Shown: in pieces, positions 49,687 through 59,301 of the stretch
Numbering within the stretch: position 1 is the stretch's first letter
Layout: the number at the start of each line of letters is the position of its first letter
Assembly (NCBI GenBank): GCA_963788655.1
Contig: CAWBHS010000049.1
Location: 128,001 to 192,000 of the forward strand
Direction of reading: 5' to 3'
Source: an uncultured Verrucomicrobiae bacterium
GTDB taxonomy: Bacteria; Verrucomicrobiota; Verrucomicrobiia; Limisphaerales; JAFGQR01
DNA: 64,000 nt
Notes under the pieces: generated by a model
Database searches by the model: none
The model's input: the letters and a program-made list of their open reading frames with translations, nothing else
Told to the model about the DNA's origin: nothing
Made by a program: the position numbers and the translations under genes

Positions 49687-51285
49687 ATGAACCATCATCC
49701 CTTTCATCCCATCATCTATGTGCGGGGTTTTGCCGGTACTCCGGGCGAAATTGAAGACACGGTTTCCGATCCTTACATGGGCTTCAACATCGGCTCCACG
49801 AAAGCCCGCCAGATTTGGACCGGGGACATCAAGAAATTCTTTTTTGAATCCCCGATGATCCGTCTGTTTCACGATCACGATTACAACGACGTGTACGTGG
49901 ACGGAGTGGACCAGGTGATGGATCCGCAAGCCACCCATCCAGTAGGCTATCGGTCGATCGTGATCCACCGCTATTACGAGCAAGCCTCCAAAGATTTGGG
50001 CATGGGTGAATTGCCGAGCATGGAGGACTTTGCTCGCGGGCTGAGTGAACTGATTTTGAAATTACGCGACAAGGTGTGCGCCAATCCAGCCAATGAAATT
50101 ACCAAAAAGGATTTCCGGGTCTATCTCGTCGCGCATTCCATGGGCGGATTGGTTTGCCGCGCGTTCCTGCAGAACCCCAAACTCGGCCAAGCCGAAGCCC
50201 GCCGGGCCGTGGACAAAGTGTTTACCTACGCCACGCCACACAATGGAATTGATGTGCGTCTGATCGGCAACATCCCATCCTGGTTCACCAAAGGCGACGC
50301 CAACAATTTCAACCGCAACCGGATGGCCGAATACCTGGGCTTGACCAAGACCGACCGCGGCAAGACCGGCGACGTATCGCTGGTGAAAAACTTTGATCCG
50401 GAACGCTTCTTCAACCTCGTCGGTACCAATCCCATGGATTACCTGGTGATGAAGGGGCTGTCGAGCTTTGCCGCCGGCGAATCCAGCGACGGCTTGGTGC
50501 GGATTGAAAATGCCACCACGCATGGCCGAAAAGGCGGCAACGATGTACCCTCGCCCAATGCGTTCGTGTGCCGCAGTCACTCGGGTTATTTCGGCATCGT
50601 CAACTCGGAGGAAGGCTACCAAAACCTGACGCGCTTCTTCTTCGGCAACGTGCGGATTGACGGCTACCTCGACATCGACGAACTCACCCTGCCCCCCAAA
50701 GTGAAGGAGCAATATGAAAAAGGGAAGAAAGTGCGCGCGTCCTACTTGTTCGAAGTGATTGCCAGCATTCGTGGCTGCCAATGGCAGATGCACCGCCGGA
50801 CCACGGCCGAGCATTCCGCAATCTTCAAGAAGTTCGACGAACTGTTCAACAAGACGAACGGCAAACGGAAGCAGCCATTCCAGCCGGACTATTCTCAAAG
50901 CCCGCGCCTGTTCTCCGTTTTTCTGGATAACCGCAAGCGGGTGAACGCCGCGCGCCAATCGCTCGGTTTTGCCATCGATCTGAGCGTGCTGGTGCCGGAT
51001 TACGAAGTGGACGGTTTCCTGTTCCTGGACGATCATTTCGAAGGCGGCAACCTGTTTCGCGACCGCATCTACATCGAAGCCACTCCGCCCAGTCTGGACG
51101 AAGGCGAGTGGACGATCAACCATGGTTTCCAGAGCCAGACCCCCAACACGGCCCCGTTTTCCACGCCGGCGCAATCGTCCGACCACGGGCTCGTGTTTCA
51201 AATTCCCATCGAACAAGCCAATCCGCCCGGCATTCGCGCCAAACTGCGGTTTGAAGCCCAACCCTGGAACCACCCCGAAGCGTAA
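49687..51285 (+). CDS. Lipase/PGAP1-like alpha/beta hydrolase with uncharacterised C-terminal domain
   Basis: PIIYVRG, LVAHSMGG, YATPHNG, SDGLV and RSHSG; no signal peptide. Confidence 0.75.
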   Translation: MNHHPFHPIIYVRGFAGTPGEIEDTVSDPYMGFNIGSTKARQIWTGDIKKFFFESPMIRLFHDHDYNDVYVDGVDQVMDPQATHPVGYRSIVIHRYYEQASKDLGMGELPSMEDFARGLSELILKLRDKVCANPANEITKKDFRVYLVAHSMGGLVCRAFLQNPKLGQAEARRAVDKVFTYATPHNGIDVRLIGNIPSWFTKGDANNFNRNRMAEYLGLTKTDRGKTGDVSLVKNFDPERFFNLVGTNPMDYLVMKGLSSFAAGESSDGLVRIENATTHGRKGGNDVPSPNAFVCRSHSGYFGIVNSEEGYQNLTRFFFGNVRIDGYLDIDELTLPPKVKEQYEKGKKVRASYLFEVIASIRGCQWQMHRRTTAEHSAIFKKFDELFNKTNGKRKQPFQPDYSQSPRLFSVFLDNRKRVNAARQSLGFAIDLSVLVPDYEVDGFLFLDDHFEGGNLFRDRIYIEATPPSLDEGEWTINHGFQSQTPNTAPFSTPAQSSDHGLVFQIPIEQANPPGIRAKLRFEAQPWNHPEA

Positions 51286-51289
51286 CCGC

Positions 51290-51705
51290 TGCGTGCTGCC
51301 GGCATCTCGCTGGCGGTCCGAGCGGAAGCACGAAGTTCGAAGGTAGGAAAAAGTTCGAGCAAGCCAAACGCTCTCGTTCCTGCCGGCGGGACGCCAGCAG
51401 TTTGAAAGGGAGCATTCGAAAAATGACCAATGACCACTGTCCAATGACCAGAGAATTACCAAGGCCAGATGCCCAATTCCCGACCGACGAGCGGAGGCCG
51501 CTCCCAATGCGCCTTGGTGCTTGGGATTTGGGCCTTCCTTGGAACTTGATTCTTGGCCATTGGTCATTCCTGGCCGCTGTTCCATTCGGTTCTGCCAGCG
51601 TGCTGCCGGCATCTTGCCGGCAGTCCGAACGCAACGATGCGCTCCACCCCACCACTCGTTCGTGCGCACTAATCGCTTGTGGCATCCGGCATCCGGCATC
51701 CCGCC
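51290..51705. repeat. Cluster of REP-like and 7-bp-period repeats
   Basis: GCGTGCTGCCGGCATC occurs twice (about 51291 and 51598). AATGACCAATGACC...GGCCATTGGTCATT forms an inverted block, and (GGCATCC)3 lies near 51681. Confidence 0.65.
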
Positions 51706-51782
51706 CTCCCAAATTCCCTATTGAATCGTCTTCCCAATTGGCAGAGACTCGGGCGATCAACAAACTATTCCGGAGAAATGCT

Positions 51783-53210
51783 ATGCAGAAATTAAATCGA
51801 CGATCCTTCCTCGGTTACGCTGCTGCCGGTGCGGCCGCTGCCAGCGTCAACTTCACCTCCACCAAATCCTACGGTCGAATCCTCAGCGCCAACGACACCG
51901 TCAATGTCGGCGTGGTCGGCATTCACGGACGCGGCGGTTCGCACATCAGCGAATTCGGCAAGCTGGACAAGGTGCGCGTGGCCGCCCTGTGCGACGTGGA
52001 CCTCAACGTGCTCAACGGCAAAGCCAAGAAAATGGACGGCGTCAAGTCCTATCAGGACGTCCGGCAATTGCTTGACGACAAGGACATTGACGTCATCTCC
52101 GTTGCCACCCCGAACCACTGGCATTCGCTGATCACCGTCTGGGCCTGCCAGGCAGGCAAGGACGTGTATGTGGAGAAACCGTGCAGTCACAATGTTTTTG
52201 AAGGCCGCAAATGCGTCGAGGCCGCGCGCAAATACCAGCGCATGGTGCAGCACGGCACCCAAAGCCGTTCCGATGGCAGGCACGCTAAACTGGCGGCGAT
52301 TGTCAAAAGCGGCAAATACGGCAAGCTGCTCGTCTCGAAAGGCTATTGCTGCAAGCCCCGCTGGTCCATCGGCTACAAACCGTTTAAGACGCCGCCCACC
52401 ACGCTGGACTTCAACATCTGGCTCGGGCCGGCGGCGCTGCAGTCCTACCACGAAAATCTCGTCCACTACAACTGGCACTGGTTTTGGGACTTCGGCAATG
52501 GCGACATGGGCAACCAAGGCGTACACGAAATGGACAAAGCCCGGTGGTATCTGGGCGGCACCCTGCCGCGCAACGTAATCAGCCTCGGCGGCCGTTGGGT
52601 CAATGAACCGGATTTCCGCGACCAGGGCCAAACCCCCAACCAGATTGTTTCCGTGTTCGATTACGGCGAGTCATTGGTTCTGTTCGAAACCCGCGGCTTG
52701 GTGGGCAAACTCAAAGAGTATCCGAACAAGGTGGACAACGAACTTTATTTCGAGGAAGGCGTCGTCAAAGGCGGGAAGTTTTATCCGAAAGGCCAGAACA
52801 AAAGCCAGCCGCTGGTGGACGTGGAGTATTCCATTAATCCGGGGAACAACTTCGGCAACTTCATCAACTGCGTGCGCAGCCGGAGAAGAGAGGAACTGAA
52901 CGCAGAAATCGAACAAGGCCACCTGTCCGCCGCCCTGTGTCACTTGGGCAACATCTCCTACCGCATGGGCGGTCCGGCGAAGTTCGAATCCCCGAAGGAC
53001 TTCAGCGACAACCAGGTGGTTGGCGACAGCGTCATGACTCTCCTGGACAATACCAAGGCCATCGGCGTCGAGCCGGAGAAGACCATTCTGTGGGTCGGCC
53101 CGAAACTGGAATTTGATCCGGCGAACGAAAAGTTTGTCAACAATCAGGCCGCCGACTTCTTCCTTTCGCGACCGTATCGTCCGCCCTTCGTGGTGCCGGA
53201 AAACGTGTAA
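51783..53210 (+). CDS. Tat-exported Gfo/Idh/MocA oxidoreductase
   Basis: NRRSFL twin-arginine signal, VATPNHWH, GKDVYVEKP and GNQGVHEMD. Confidence 0.92.
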   Translation: MQKLNRRSFLGYAAAGAAAASVNFTSTKSYGRILSANDTVNVGVVGIHGRGGSHISEFGKLDKVRVAALCDVDLNVLNGKAKKMDGVKSYQDVRQLLDDKDIDVISVATPNHWHSLITVWACQAGKDVYVEKPCSHNVFEGRKCVEAARKYQRMVQHGTQSRSDGRHAKLAAIVKSGKYGKLLVSKGYCCKPRWSIGYKPFKTPPTTLDFNIWLGPAALQSYHENLVHYNWHWFWDFGNGDMGNQGVHEMDKARWYLGGTLPRNVISLGGRWVNEPDFRDQGQTPNQIVSVFDYGESLVLFETRGLVGKLKEYPNKVDNELYFEEGVVKGGKFYPKGQNKSQPLVDVEYSINPGNNFGNFINCVRSRRREELNAEIEQGHLSAALCHLGNISYRMGGPAKFESPKDFSDNQVVGDSVMTLLDNTKAIGVEPEKTILWVGPKLEFDPANEKFVNNQAADFFLSRPYRPPFVVPENV

Positions 53211-53230
53211 TCAATCACTGCCAATCCGCC

Positions 53231-53271
53231 AACGGCGTGCCTCGGGGAACGGGGCACGCCGTTTGTCTTTT
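53231..53271 (+). terminator. Intrinsic terminator
   Basis: AACGGCGTGCC...GGCACGCCGTT-TGTCTTTT, 20 nt after the stop codon. Confidence 0.7.
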
Positions 53272-53554
53272 GCGTGAACCGTGACGATTCAGTTCAATAC
53301 CGAGCGGATACGAATCAACACGACTGAACCGGCAAAAGATTGTGACGCCAAATAGCTGGTGGAAAACGTCGCCAGGCCCGGTCCAATACAAAGGATGCAA
53401 TTCAAGCTTTCCGAGCTGGCAAGATGGGGTGAGTTTGGAGCGCGCGCGGTCTGGTTCGCGTGGCCGCAGGGGCCAATGCAAAAGCGACTGGGCTGCGGCG
53501 GTTCCACTTAGTTAATGATTTGATCTTGAACGGCAAATGAGGTAAGGAACCGCT

Positions 53555-55249
53555 ATGAAGATACCGAAAAGCCTGATTTTGACGGCGCTTTTAGGACTCA
53601 GCATGACCGGGCTCCTGGCCCAGGAGCAAAAGGCTTCCGATGAGGAAATGAAGAAGGCCTTGGAGTTGTTACGCAAATCCGAGACGGAAACGGTCGCCAC
53701 CAACCAAAGCCTCCAACTCAAAACGCCGGTCCAGCCTGAGGTATCGGGTGAGCAGATGAAGCAAGCTGTGGATATGCTACGCCAAGCTGAAGCCGCAACG
53801 ACCACCAACCAACCTTCAGCCCAACCGGCAGCAGCCGCAATCAACCTCACGCCGTCCGAGGCGGTTCCGACGGATGAGGCCGGCAAGGAGCAGCGCCTCA
53901 ACGAACTCTTGCAGATGTATCTCAGTGACCAGATCAGCTCGGCGGAATATCATCGAAAACGCGCCGAGTTGATGCAGCCACCCGAAGGTTTCCGCCCGGT
54001 CCTGCGCCCCCCCAAACCCAAGGTTCAACCGCCGACTTCCGTTCCCAGCGATGTCCTTAAAGTTTTGCAAACCGCTTCCTCAGCCGGAGCCGCTGCGGTC
54101 AATGCCACCACTGCCCCGGCGCTTACGGCTGGCAACGCCCTCGAAGCCGGGCTCGTTCCGGGTGCCGATTTTGTGGTGCGCGTGGATTTCAAGTCGGCCC
54201 GACGAGCCCCGATCTTCAGGACCTTCAAGGCCATGGAAGAAAATCAACCGGCGACAGGAAATCTCCCGGGAGCCGAACTTGCCGACATGGGCAAGGAACT
54301 GACCAAGAAGCTGGGCATCACCGAAGACGACCTCGAGAGCATCGTGTTTTCAGTGGATCTGGACAGTATTAAGATGGGGCCGATGGGGCCGGATCCGGAG
54401 TCGCTGAACACCGTCCAAGGCGTGTTGGCCGTCCAGCTATCGAAAACCCTTTCCGCGGCGCAAATCAAAAAGGCTCTTCAAGATCTCGCCGGGGCGCAGT
54501 CCGGAGCCGATGCCATAAAGATTGCGGAGGATAAGATCGGTAAAACGGACGTACTCGTGTTGAGTTCCGAAAAGGAGAGCGATCCGCCAATATATGTCGC
54601 CGCGCCGGGAGGGAAGACGCTTTACCTTGGGCTCAACCAAGCCAGTGTCAAGGGAGCGATCGGGCGGGCGAACGGCCACCCGGCCGAACTCGAAGGCGCA
54701 CTGGCCGGCGTCATGAATTCCATCGCCAATGACGCCCAGTTGAAACTTGGTTTCGTGATTCCCAAAGCGCTGAAAGATCTGTTGGCCAACTTCACGAAAG
54801 ATGCCGGGACCGGCCCCGGCGCCATGCTGTCGAGTTTCAAAGACATTCAGAGCATCTCGCTCGGCGTGACGCTGGGAAGAGATATGAAGTTGAAATTGGC
54901 TGGTGACCTCGGCAATGCCGACGCGGCCAGTGGGGTCAGCAGTCTGCTGAGCATGCTCAAGCCGCAGTTCAAAGCCGCGGTGGCGCAACAGACGGGCAAG
55001 TCGGCCGAACAAATTCCCGACAACGCCCTGACCTCCAGTGCGCAGGGCAGCGTGCTGACTATCTCGCTAACATTGGACGAAGGTTTGCTCAAGGCCATGA
55101 ATGCCAATAAACCCAAGACCAACAATGCCACCAGCCCCAATAAGCCCAAGGCTAACAATGCCACCAGCGCCAGTAAACCCAGAGCGAACAATCCCAGGCC
55201 GCAGGCGCCGCGCCGCAAAGCGGGTCCCCGAGGGCAAAAGAAACGTTGA
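53555..55249 (+). CDS. Secreted hypothetical protein with SHOCT-like segment and basic repetitive tail
   Basis: RBS and signal peptide. KEQRLNELLQMYLSDQISSAEYHRKRAELM is SHOCT-like; the C-terminus has NKPKxNNATS repeats. Confidence 0.7.
   Translation: MKIPKSLILTALLGLSMTGLLAQEQKASDEEMKKALELLRKSETETVATNQSLQLKTPVQPEVSGEQMKQAVDMLRQAEAATTTNQPSAQPAAAAINLTPSEAVPTDEAGKEQRLNELLQMYLSDQISSAEYHRKRAELMQPPEGFRPVLRPPKPKVQPPTSVPSDVLKVLQTASSAGAAAVNATTAPALTAGNALEAGLVPGADFVVRVDFKSARRAPIFRTFKAMEENQPATGNLPGAELADMGKELTKKLGITEDDLESIVFSVDLDSIKMGPMGPDPESLNTVQGVLAVQLSKTLSAAQIKKALQDLAGAQSGADAIKIAEDKIGKTDVLVLSSEKESDPPIYVAAPGGKTLYLGLNQASVKGAIGRANGHPAELEGALAGVMNSIANDAQLKLGFVIPKALKDLLANFTKDAGTGPGAMLSSFKDIQSISLGVTLGRDMKLKLAGDLGNADAASGVSSLLSMLKPQFKAAVAQQTGKSAEQIPDNALTSSAQGSVLTISLTLDEGLLKAMNANKPKTNNATSPNKPKANNATSASKPRANNPRPQAPRRKAGPRGQKKR
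55106..55195 (+). repeat. 33-bp in-frame tandem repeat (about 2.7 copies)
   Basis: AATAAACCCAAGACCAACAATGCCACCAGCCCC / AATAAGCCCAAGGCTAACAATGCCACCAGCGCC / AGTAAACCCAGAGCGAACAATCCC. Confidence 0.8.
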
Positions 55250-55328
55250 GCTGTACCACTGGTTTTGCGCAGCTACGATGTTGTTTGCAGTTCGCCAGCG
55301 TCGGCCAGTTGCTTCGGATTATCGCGAA

Positions 55329-55431
55329 TCGTTTGGAGTCCGAAGATTCGGTTGCAGGGAGATGCGTTGGGCCAAGAGTGGCGTCTTTAAAACCATGGGG
55401 CGTTGCGCCGCCTGAAGGCGGGACTCCAAAC
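55329..55431. repeat. REP doublet of the GTTTGGAGTCC(CGCC) family
   Basis: CGTTTGGAGTCC ... CCGCCTGAAGGCGGGACTCCAAACG; related to the core at about 28366-28425. Confidence 0.6.
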
Positions 55432-55573
55432 GGGGCTGGGCTTGCGCCGCCGGCGCATCAAGCGGCGACAGGAACCGGGCGCAGACAATGAGCACCGGGA
55501 CAATGATCCGGAGATTTGTTTTCATGGTGAACGAATTGAGTAACTGGGGATGAACCAAGGCTGCCACCGGCGG

Positions 55574-56347
55574 TTACGACCGTGTTCTCCGCAACAGCCC
55601 CTTGGCGCGCCATACCCACACCCGCTCCCGTTTGCGCTGGAAGGCGGGCGCATGGGGCGCATCACTGATCACTTCCTCCAACACTTGGCGGGCGCGGTCG
55701 GTTTGGTTTTTCGCCAGATATAATTCGGCCAGTTGCACCCGGGCACGGGCGTAACTGTGATTTTCCGTAACCCGTTCCCAGGTGGCGATGGCGGCGTCGG
55801 ATTCGCCCAACGCTGCCAGCGTTTCCGCGAGCGCCATCAGGGAATGGCCGTAGTCGTGTTTGGGATCTTCGGCGCAGACACCTTCCAACAGCGGGCGCGC
55901 TTCGGCCGGACGTTTTTGGCGCAGCAGGCAATGGCCGAAGTGGGCGCGCGTGTCAATGTCCTGCGGATCCCGTTCGAGGGCGGCGAGAAAACAGGCTTCG
56001 GCTTTGTCCAGCTTGCCCTGGTGCAGGTAAATGTCCCCGAGTTGGGCGTGATGATGGGCCTTGTCGAGATGGTAAATTTGAGCTTGGAGTTCCTTGATGC
56101 GCCGGCGGTCGTAAGCTCCCGGTAATTCGAATCCACGCAGGTTGGAGGAAGACGCCCGATAGCAATAAAAGAAATACAAGAACGTGGCGAACCCGGGGAA
56201 CACAAACATCGCGACAAACCACAACCACTCTCCGTTGCGCGCCGCGTCCACCAACATCCACACTTGAAACACCACCAACACCAACGTCAACGGAGAGGCC
56301 AACCAATACCGGAGGTTCTCCCAACCGATTATCGCAAAAGCCGCCAT
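55574..56347 (-). CDS. Membrane-anchored tetratricopeptide repeat protein
   Basis: N-terminal TM helices (WMLVDAARNGEWLWF) followed by TPR-like AQLGDIYL..GKLDKAE repeats. Confidence 0.8.
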   Translation of the reverse strand: MAAFAIIGWENLRYWLASPLTLVLVVFQVWMLVDAARNGEWLWFVAMFVFPGFATFLYFFYCYRASSSNLRGFELPGAYDRRRIKELQAQIYHLDKAHHHAQLGDIYLHQGKLDKAEACFLAALERDPQDIDTRAHFGHCLLRQKRPAEARPLLEGVCAEDPKHDYGHSLMALAETLAALGESDAAIATWERVTENHSYARARVQLAELYLAKNQTDRARQVLEEVISDAPHAPAFQRKRERVWVWRAKGLLRRTRS

Positions 56348-56530
56348 ACGCGAGGAAGGTTACAAAATGACGCCGGGCTTGACCAGTGAGGAATGTGCGA
56401 GTGAGGAATGTGCGAGTGAAACAGCGGATTTGAAGACCGATGACCGAAGGTCGATTTCCGAGCCCTGGATCCCGTCCTCGCGAATTCAGTGTTCCCTATC
56501 GCTCCTTCCGGGTTCACAATGCGCTCCAAT

Positions 56531-57985
56531 ATGCTGGATTTGATTCCCAACGAACTGAAAAACGTCCTCCAGGAAGCGGCCGAGTTGCGGCAAGCATATC
56601 TCGTGGGCGGTTGTGTGCGAGATTGGCTCCTGGGACACCAGCCGAAGGATTTTGACGTCGAAGTCTATGGGGTTTCCTACGACGAACTGGCCGCCGGGTT
56701 GTCTCGTTGGGGGCGGACCGACCTGGTTGGCCGTTCTTTTGGTGTCCTGAAAGTTACCTTCCGGCCCGGCCAGACATTTGATTTCAGTATTCCCCGACGC
56801 GATTCAAAAGTCGCGCCCGGCCACAAAGGATTTGCCGTCGCGTTCGATCCTGCCATCACCCCGGAGACGGCCGCCGCACGGCGCGATTTCACGATCAACG
56901 CGTTGATGTTTGATCCCCGCTCCGGGCAGGTCTTGGATTTCTTCGGCGGCCGGGCGGATTTGAAGAACCACATCCTTCGCCACCCCTCGGCGGCGTTCGC
57001 TGAAGACCCCTTGCGCGTACTGCGCGGCATGCAATTCGCCGCCCGTTTTGGACTCCACGCCGCTCCGGAAACCATTGATCTCTGCCGCCGCATCAAAACC
57101 GGCTACCGCGAACTGGCCGTCGAACGGGTGCGGGAAGAGTGGTTCAAATGGGCCGCCCAAGGCACCGTGCCGTCCGCCGGACTGCGGTTCCTGGCGGACA
57201 CGGAATGGATCGAACATTTCCCGGAAGTCCAGGCTCTGATCGGCGTTCCCCAAGAACCCGAATGGCACCCCGAAGGCGATGTGTTTGTCCACACCTGCCA
57301 TGGTTGCGACGCCTTGGCGAAACTGCCCGAGTGGCAGCAGGCCGACGAAGAATCCCGCATCATCTATATGCTGGCGGTGCTGGCGCACGACTTCGGCAAA
57401 CCGTCCTGCACCCAGGAAGCCTTGAAAAATGGGCGCCAGCGCATTGTTTCACCCGGTCACGATGAAGCCGGGGTAGCGCTCGCCGCCAGTTTTCTCCAAC
57501 GCATCAATGCCCCCACCGCCATCCAGGAACGCGTCCCGCCACTGGTCGCCAATCACATGGCGCACCTGAACCCAATTACGGATCGTTACGTCCGGCGGTT
57601 GGCCAAACGCCTCGAACCGGCATCCATTGACGGCTTGTGTCTGGTGATCATCGCCGATTCCTCGGGCCGGCCGCCCTTGCCGGCGCACGTGCCCGAAGTT
57701 GTCACCGTCCTCCAAGCCAAAGCCGCCGAACTCCAAGTTCAGGCCGCCGCGCCGCGACCCATTTTGTTGGGCCGGCACCTGATCGAACTGGGTATGACTC
57801 CAGGCAAGGTCTTCGGCGCCATTCTGCACGATGCCTTCGAAGCCCAACTCGAAGGTTATTTCACCGATCTCGCCGGCGCCTGGCAGTGGCTGTCGGAACA
57901 GACCAGCCACCCGGTTCCGCCTGAAGCCCGGCAACACCTTCAGACGCAAATCCAATCAGCCAGCCAATCCGGAAATCCCGCGTGA
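56531..57985 (+). CDS. cca: CCA-adding enzyme / poly(A) polymerase family nucleotidyltransferase with HD domain
   Basis: LVGGCVRD, KDFDVE, RRDFTINA, EDPLRVLR, ERV.EE, WHPEGDVFVHT and LAHDFGK. Confidence 0.85.
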   Translation: MLDLIPNELKNVLQEAAELRQAYLVGGCVRDWLLGHQPKDFDVEVYGVSYDELAAGLSRWGRTDLVGRSFGVLKVTFRPGQTFDFSIPRRDSKVAPGHKGFAVAFDPAITPETAAARRDFTINALMFDPRSGQVLDFFGGRADLKNHILRHPSAAFAEDPLRVLRGMQFAARFGLHAAPETIDLCRRIKTGYRELAVERVREEWFKWAAQGTVPSAGLRFLADTEWIEHFPEVQALIGVPQEPEWHPEGDVFVHTCHGCDALAKLPEWQQADEESRIIYMLAVLAHDFGKPSCTQEALKNGRQRIVSPGHDEAGVALAASFLQRINAPTAIQERVPPLVANHMAHLNPITDRYVRRLAKRLEPASIDGLCLVIIADSSGRPPLPAHVPEVVTVLQAKAAELQVQAAAPRPILLGRHLIELGMTPGKVFGAILHDAFEAQLEGYFTDLAGAWQWLSEQTSHPVPPEARQHLQTQIQSASQSGNPA

Positions 57986-58016
57986 CGAAGTTCCAAGTAA
58001 TGTTATCTTGGCCATC

Positions 58017-58799
58017 ATGATTCGTAATTTGATAATCTCGGCCACCTGCCTGCTGTGTAATCCGCTGATGCTGCCTGCTGCCATGCATACCGAAACCATC
58101 GAATACCGGCACGGCGACACCGTCCTCGAGGGTTATCTTGCTTACGATGACACGCTGTCCGGCAAACGCCCGGCGGTGCTGATTGCGCACCAGTGGAAAG
58201 GACTGACCGATTACGAAAAGAAGCGCGCCGAAATGCTGGCCGAACTGGGCTACGTGGCGTTTGCCGCGGACATCTATGGCCAAGGTGTCCGCGCCACCAG
58301 TCCCCAGGAAGCCGGAAGACTCGCCGGCAAATACAAAAATGACCGCGCTCTGCTGCGGGGCCGCATCAACGCCGGACTCGATTACCTCAAACAACACGCG
58401 CGCGTCGATGTCAAGCGGGTGGCCGCCATCGGCTACTGCTTTGGCGGGACCGCCGTCCTGGAGTTGGCCCGCAGCGGTGCCGAACTCAAGGGCGTGGTGA
58501 CCTTTCATGGCGGACTTTCGACTACGATACCGGCCGACGCCCAGAACATCCGCTGCAAAATCCTGGCGTTGCACGGTGCTGATGATCCGCATGTCCCGCC
58601 CGCCGAAGTGGCGGGGTTCGAAGATGAAATGCGGAATGCTGGCGTCGATTGGCAACTCGTCAAATACGGCGGCGCCGTCCACAGCTTCACTGACTGGAAC
58701 GCCGGCACGGACAATTCCCGAGGAGCGGCCTACAACCAAAGAGCCGACCATCGCTCCTGGGAAGCCATGAAAATCTTCTTCGCCGAATTGTTTGAATAG
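58017..58799 (+). CDS. Dienelactone hydrolase family protein
   Basis: IGYCFGG, FHGGL, LHGADD and AVHSFT. Confidence 0.92.
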   Translation: MIRNLIISATCLLCNPLMLPAAMHTETIEYRHGDTVLEGYLAYDDTLSGKRPAVLIAHQWKGLTDYEKKRAEMLAELGYVAFAADIYGQGVRATSPQEAGRLAGKYKNDRALLRGRINAGLDYLKQHARVDVKRVAAIGYCFGGTAVLELARSGAELKGVVTFHGGLSTTIPADAQNIRCKILALHGADDPHVPPAEVAGFEDEMRNAGVDWQLVKYGGAVHSFTDWNAGTDNSRGAAYNQRADHRSWEAMKIFFAELFE

Positions 58800-59301
58800 T
58801 TCGCCCCGCCAGAACTCGGTTAGTCTGACACTCCACATCGATTCAGTTGGGAAGGGGAGCGCGCCTGCCCGGGCGCTGTGGTTGGCGCCTCGCCAACCAC
58901 GCTCGATCAGAGCAACTGACTCACTATTCTGATCTCCGGCTTCGGCGTTCTGTCGGATATCAGACATTGGATTTTGGTCTGTCGCTCGGCAAAAAGTACT
59001 CTTTAACCGGCATAATGGAGCTCTTGCCGGTGGCAGCGACTGAGAAACGAGCATCGACTTTGCCCGCTTTTCCCCGCCTTTCTGCGCCGCCTACTCCGGC
59101 AACAGCCGTGCCGTACCGGCAGAACTCGCGCTCAACTGCCTGAGAGTCAATGACGATAGAGCAAAGAGAAAACGCGAGATAGTCCATTGATTTTTGAAGC
59201 GCAATAAGTACCATAGCAACGATTCCGGTACCCGAATAAAACCGTTACCACATAGTCGTATTGTAGTTGTAACCAGCAGTCCAGAAGTGTCTTCAAGCCT
59301 T

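Noticed and set aside
51290..51705. Repeat cluster considered as a CRISPR array
   Set aside because: No regularly spaced identical direct repeats with unique spacers and no cas genes.
51402..51782. 127-aa N-terminal extension of the Tat oxidoreductase ORF
   Set aside because: It is translated repeat DNA; the twin-arginine signal places the real start at 51783.
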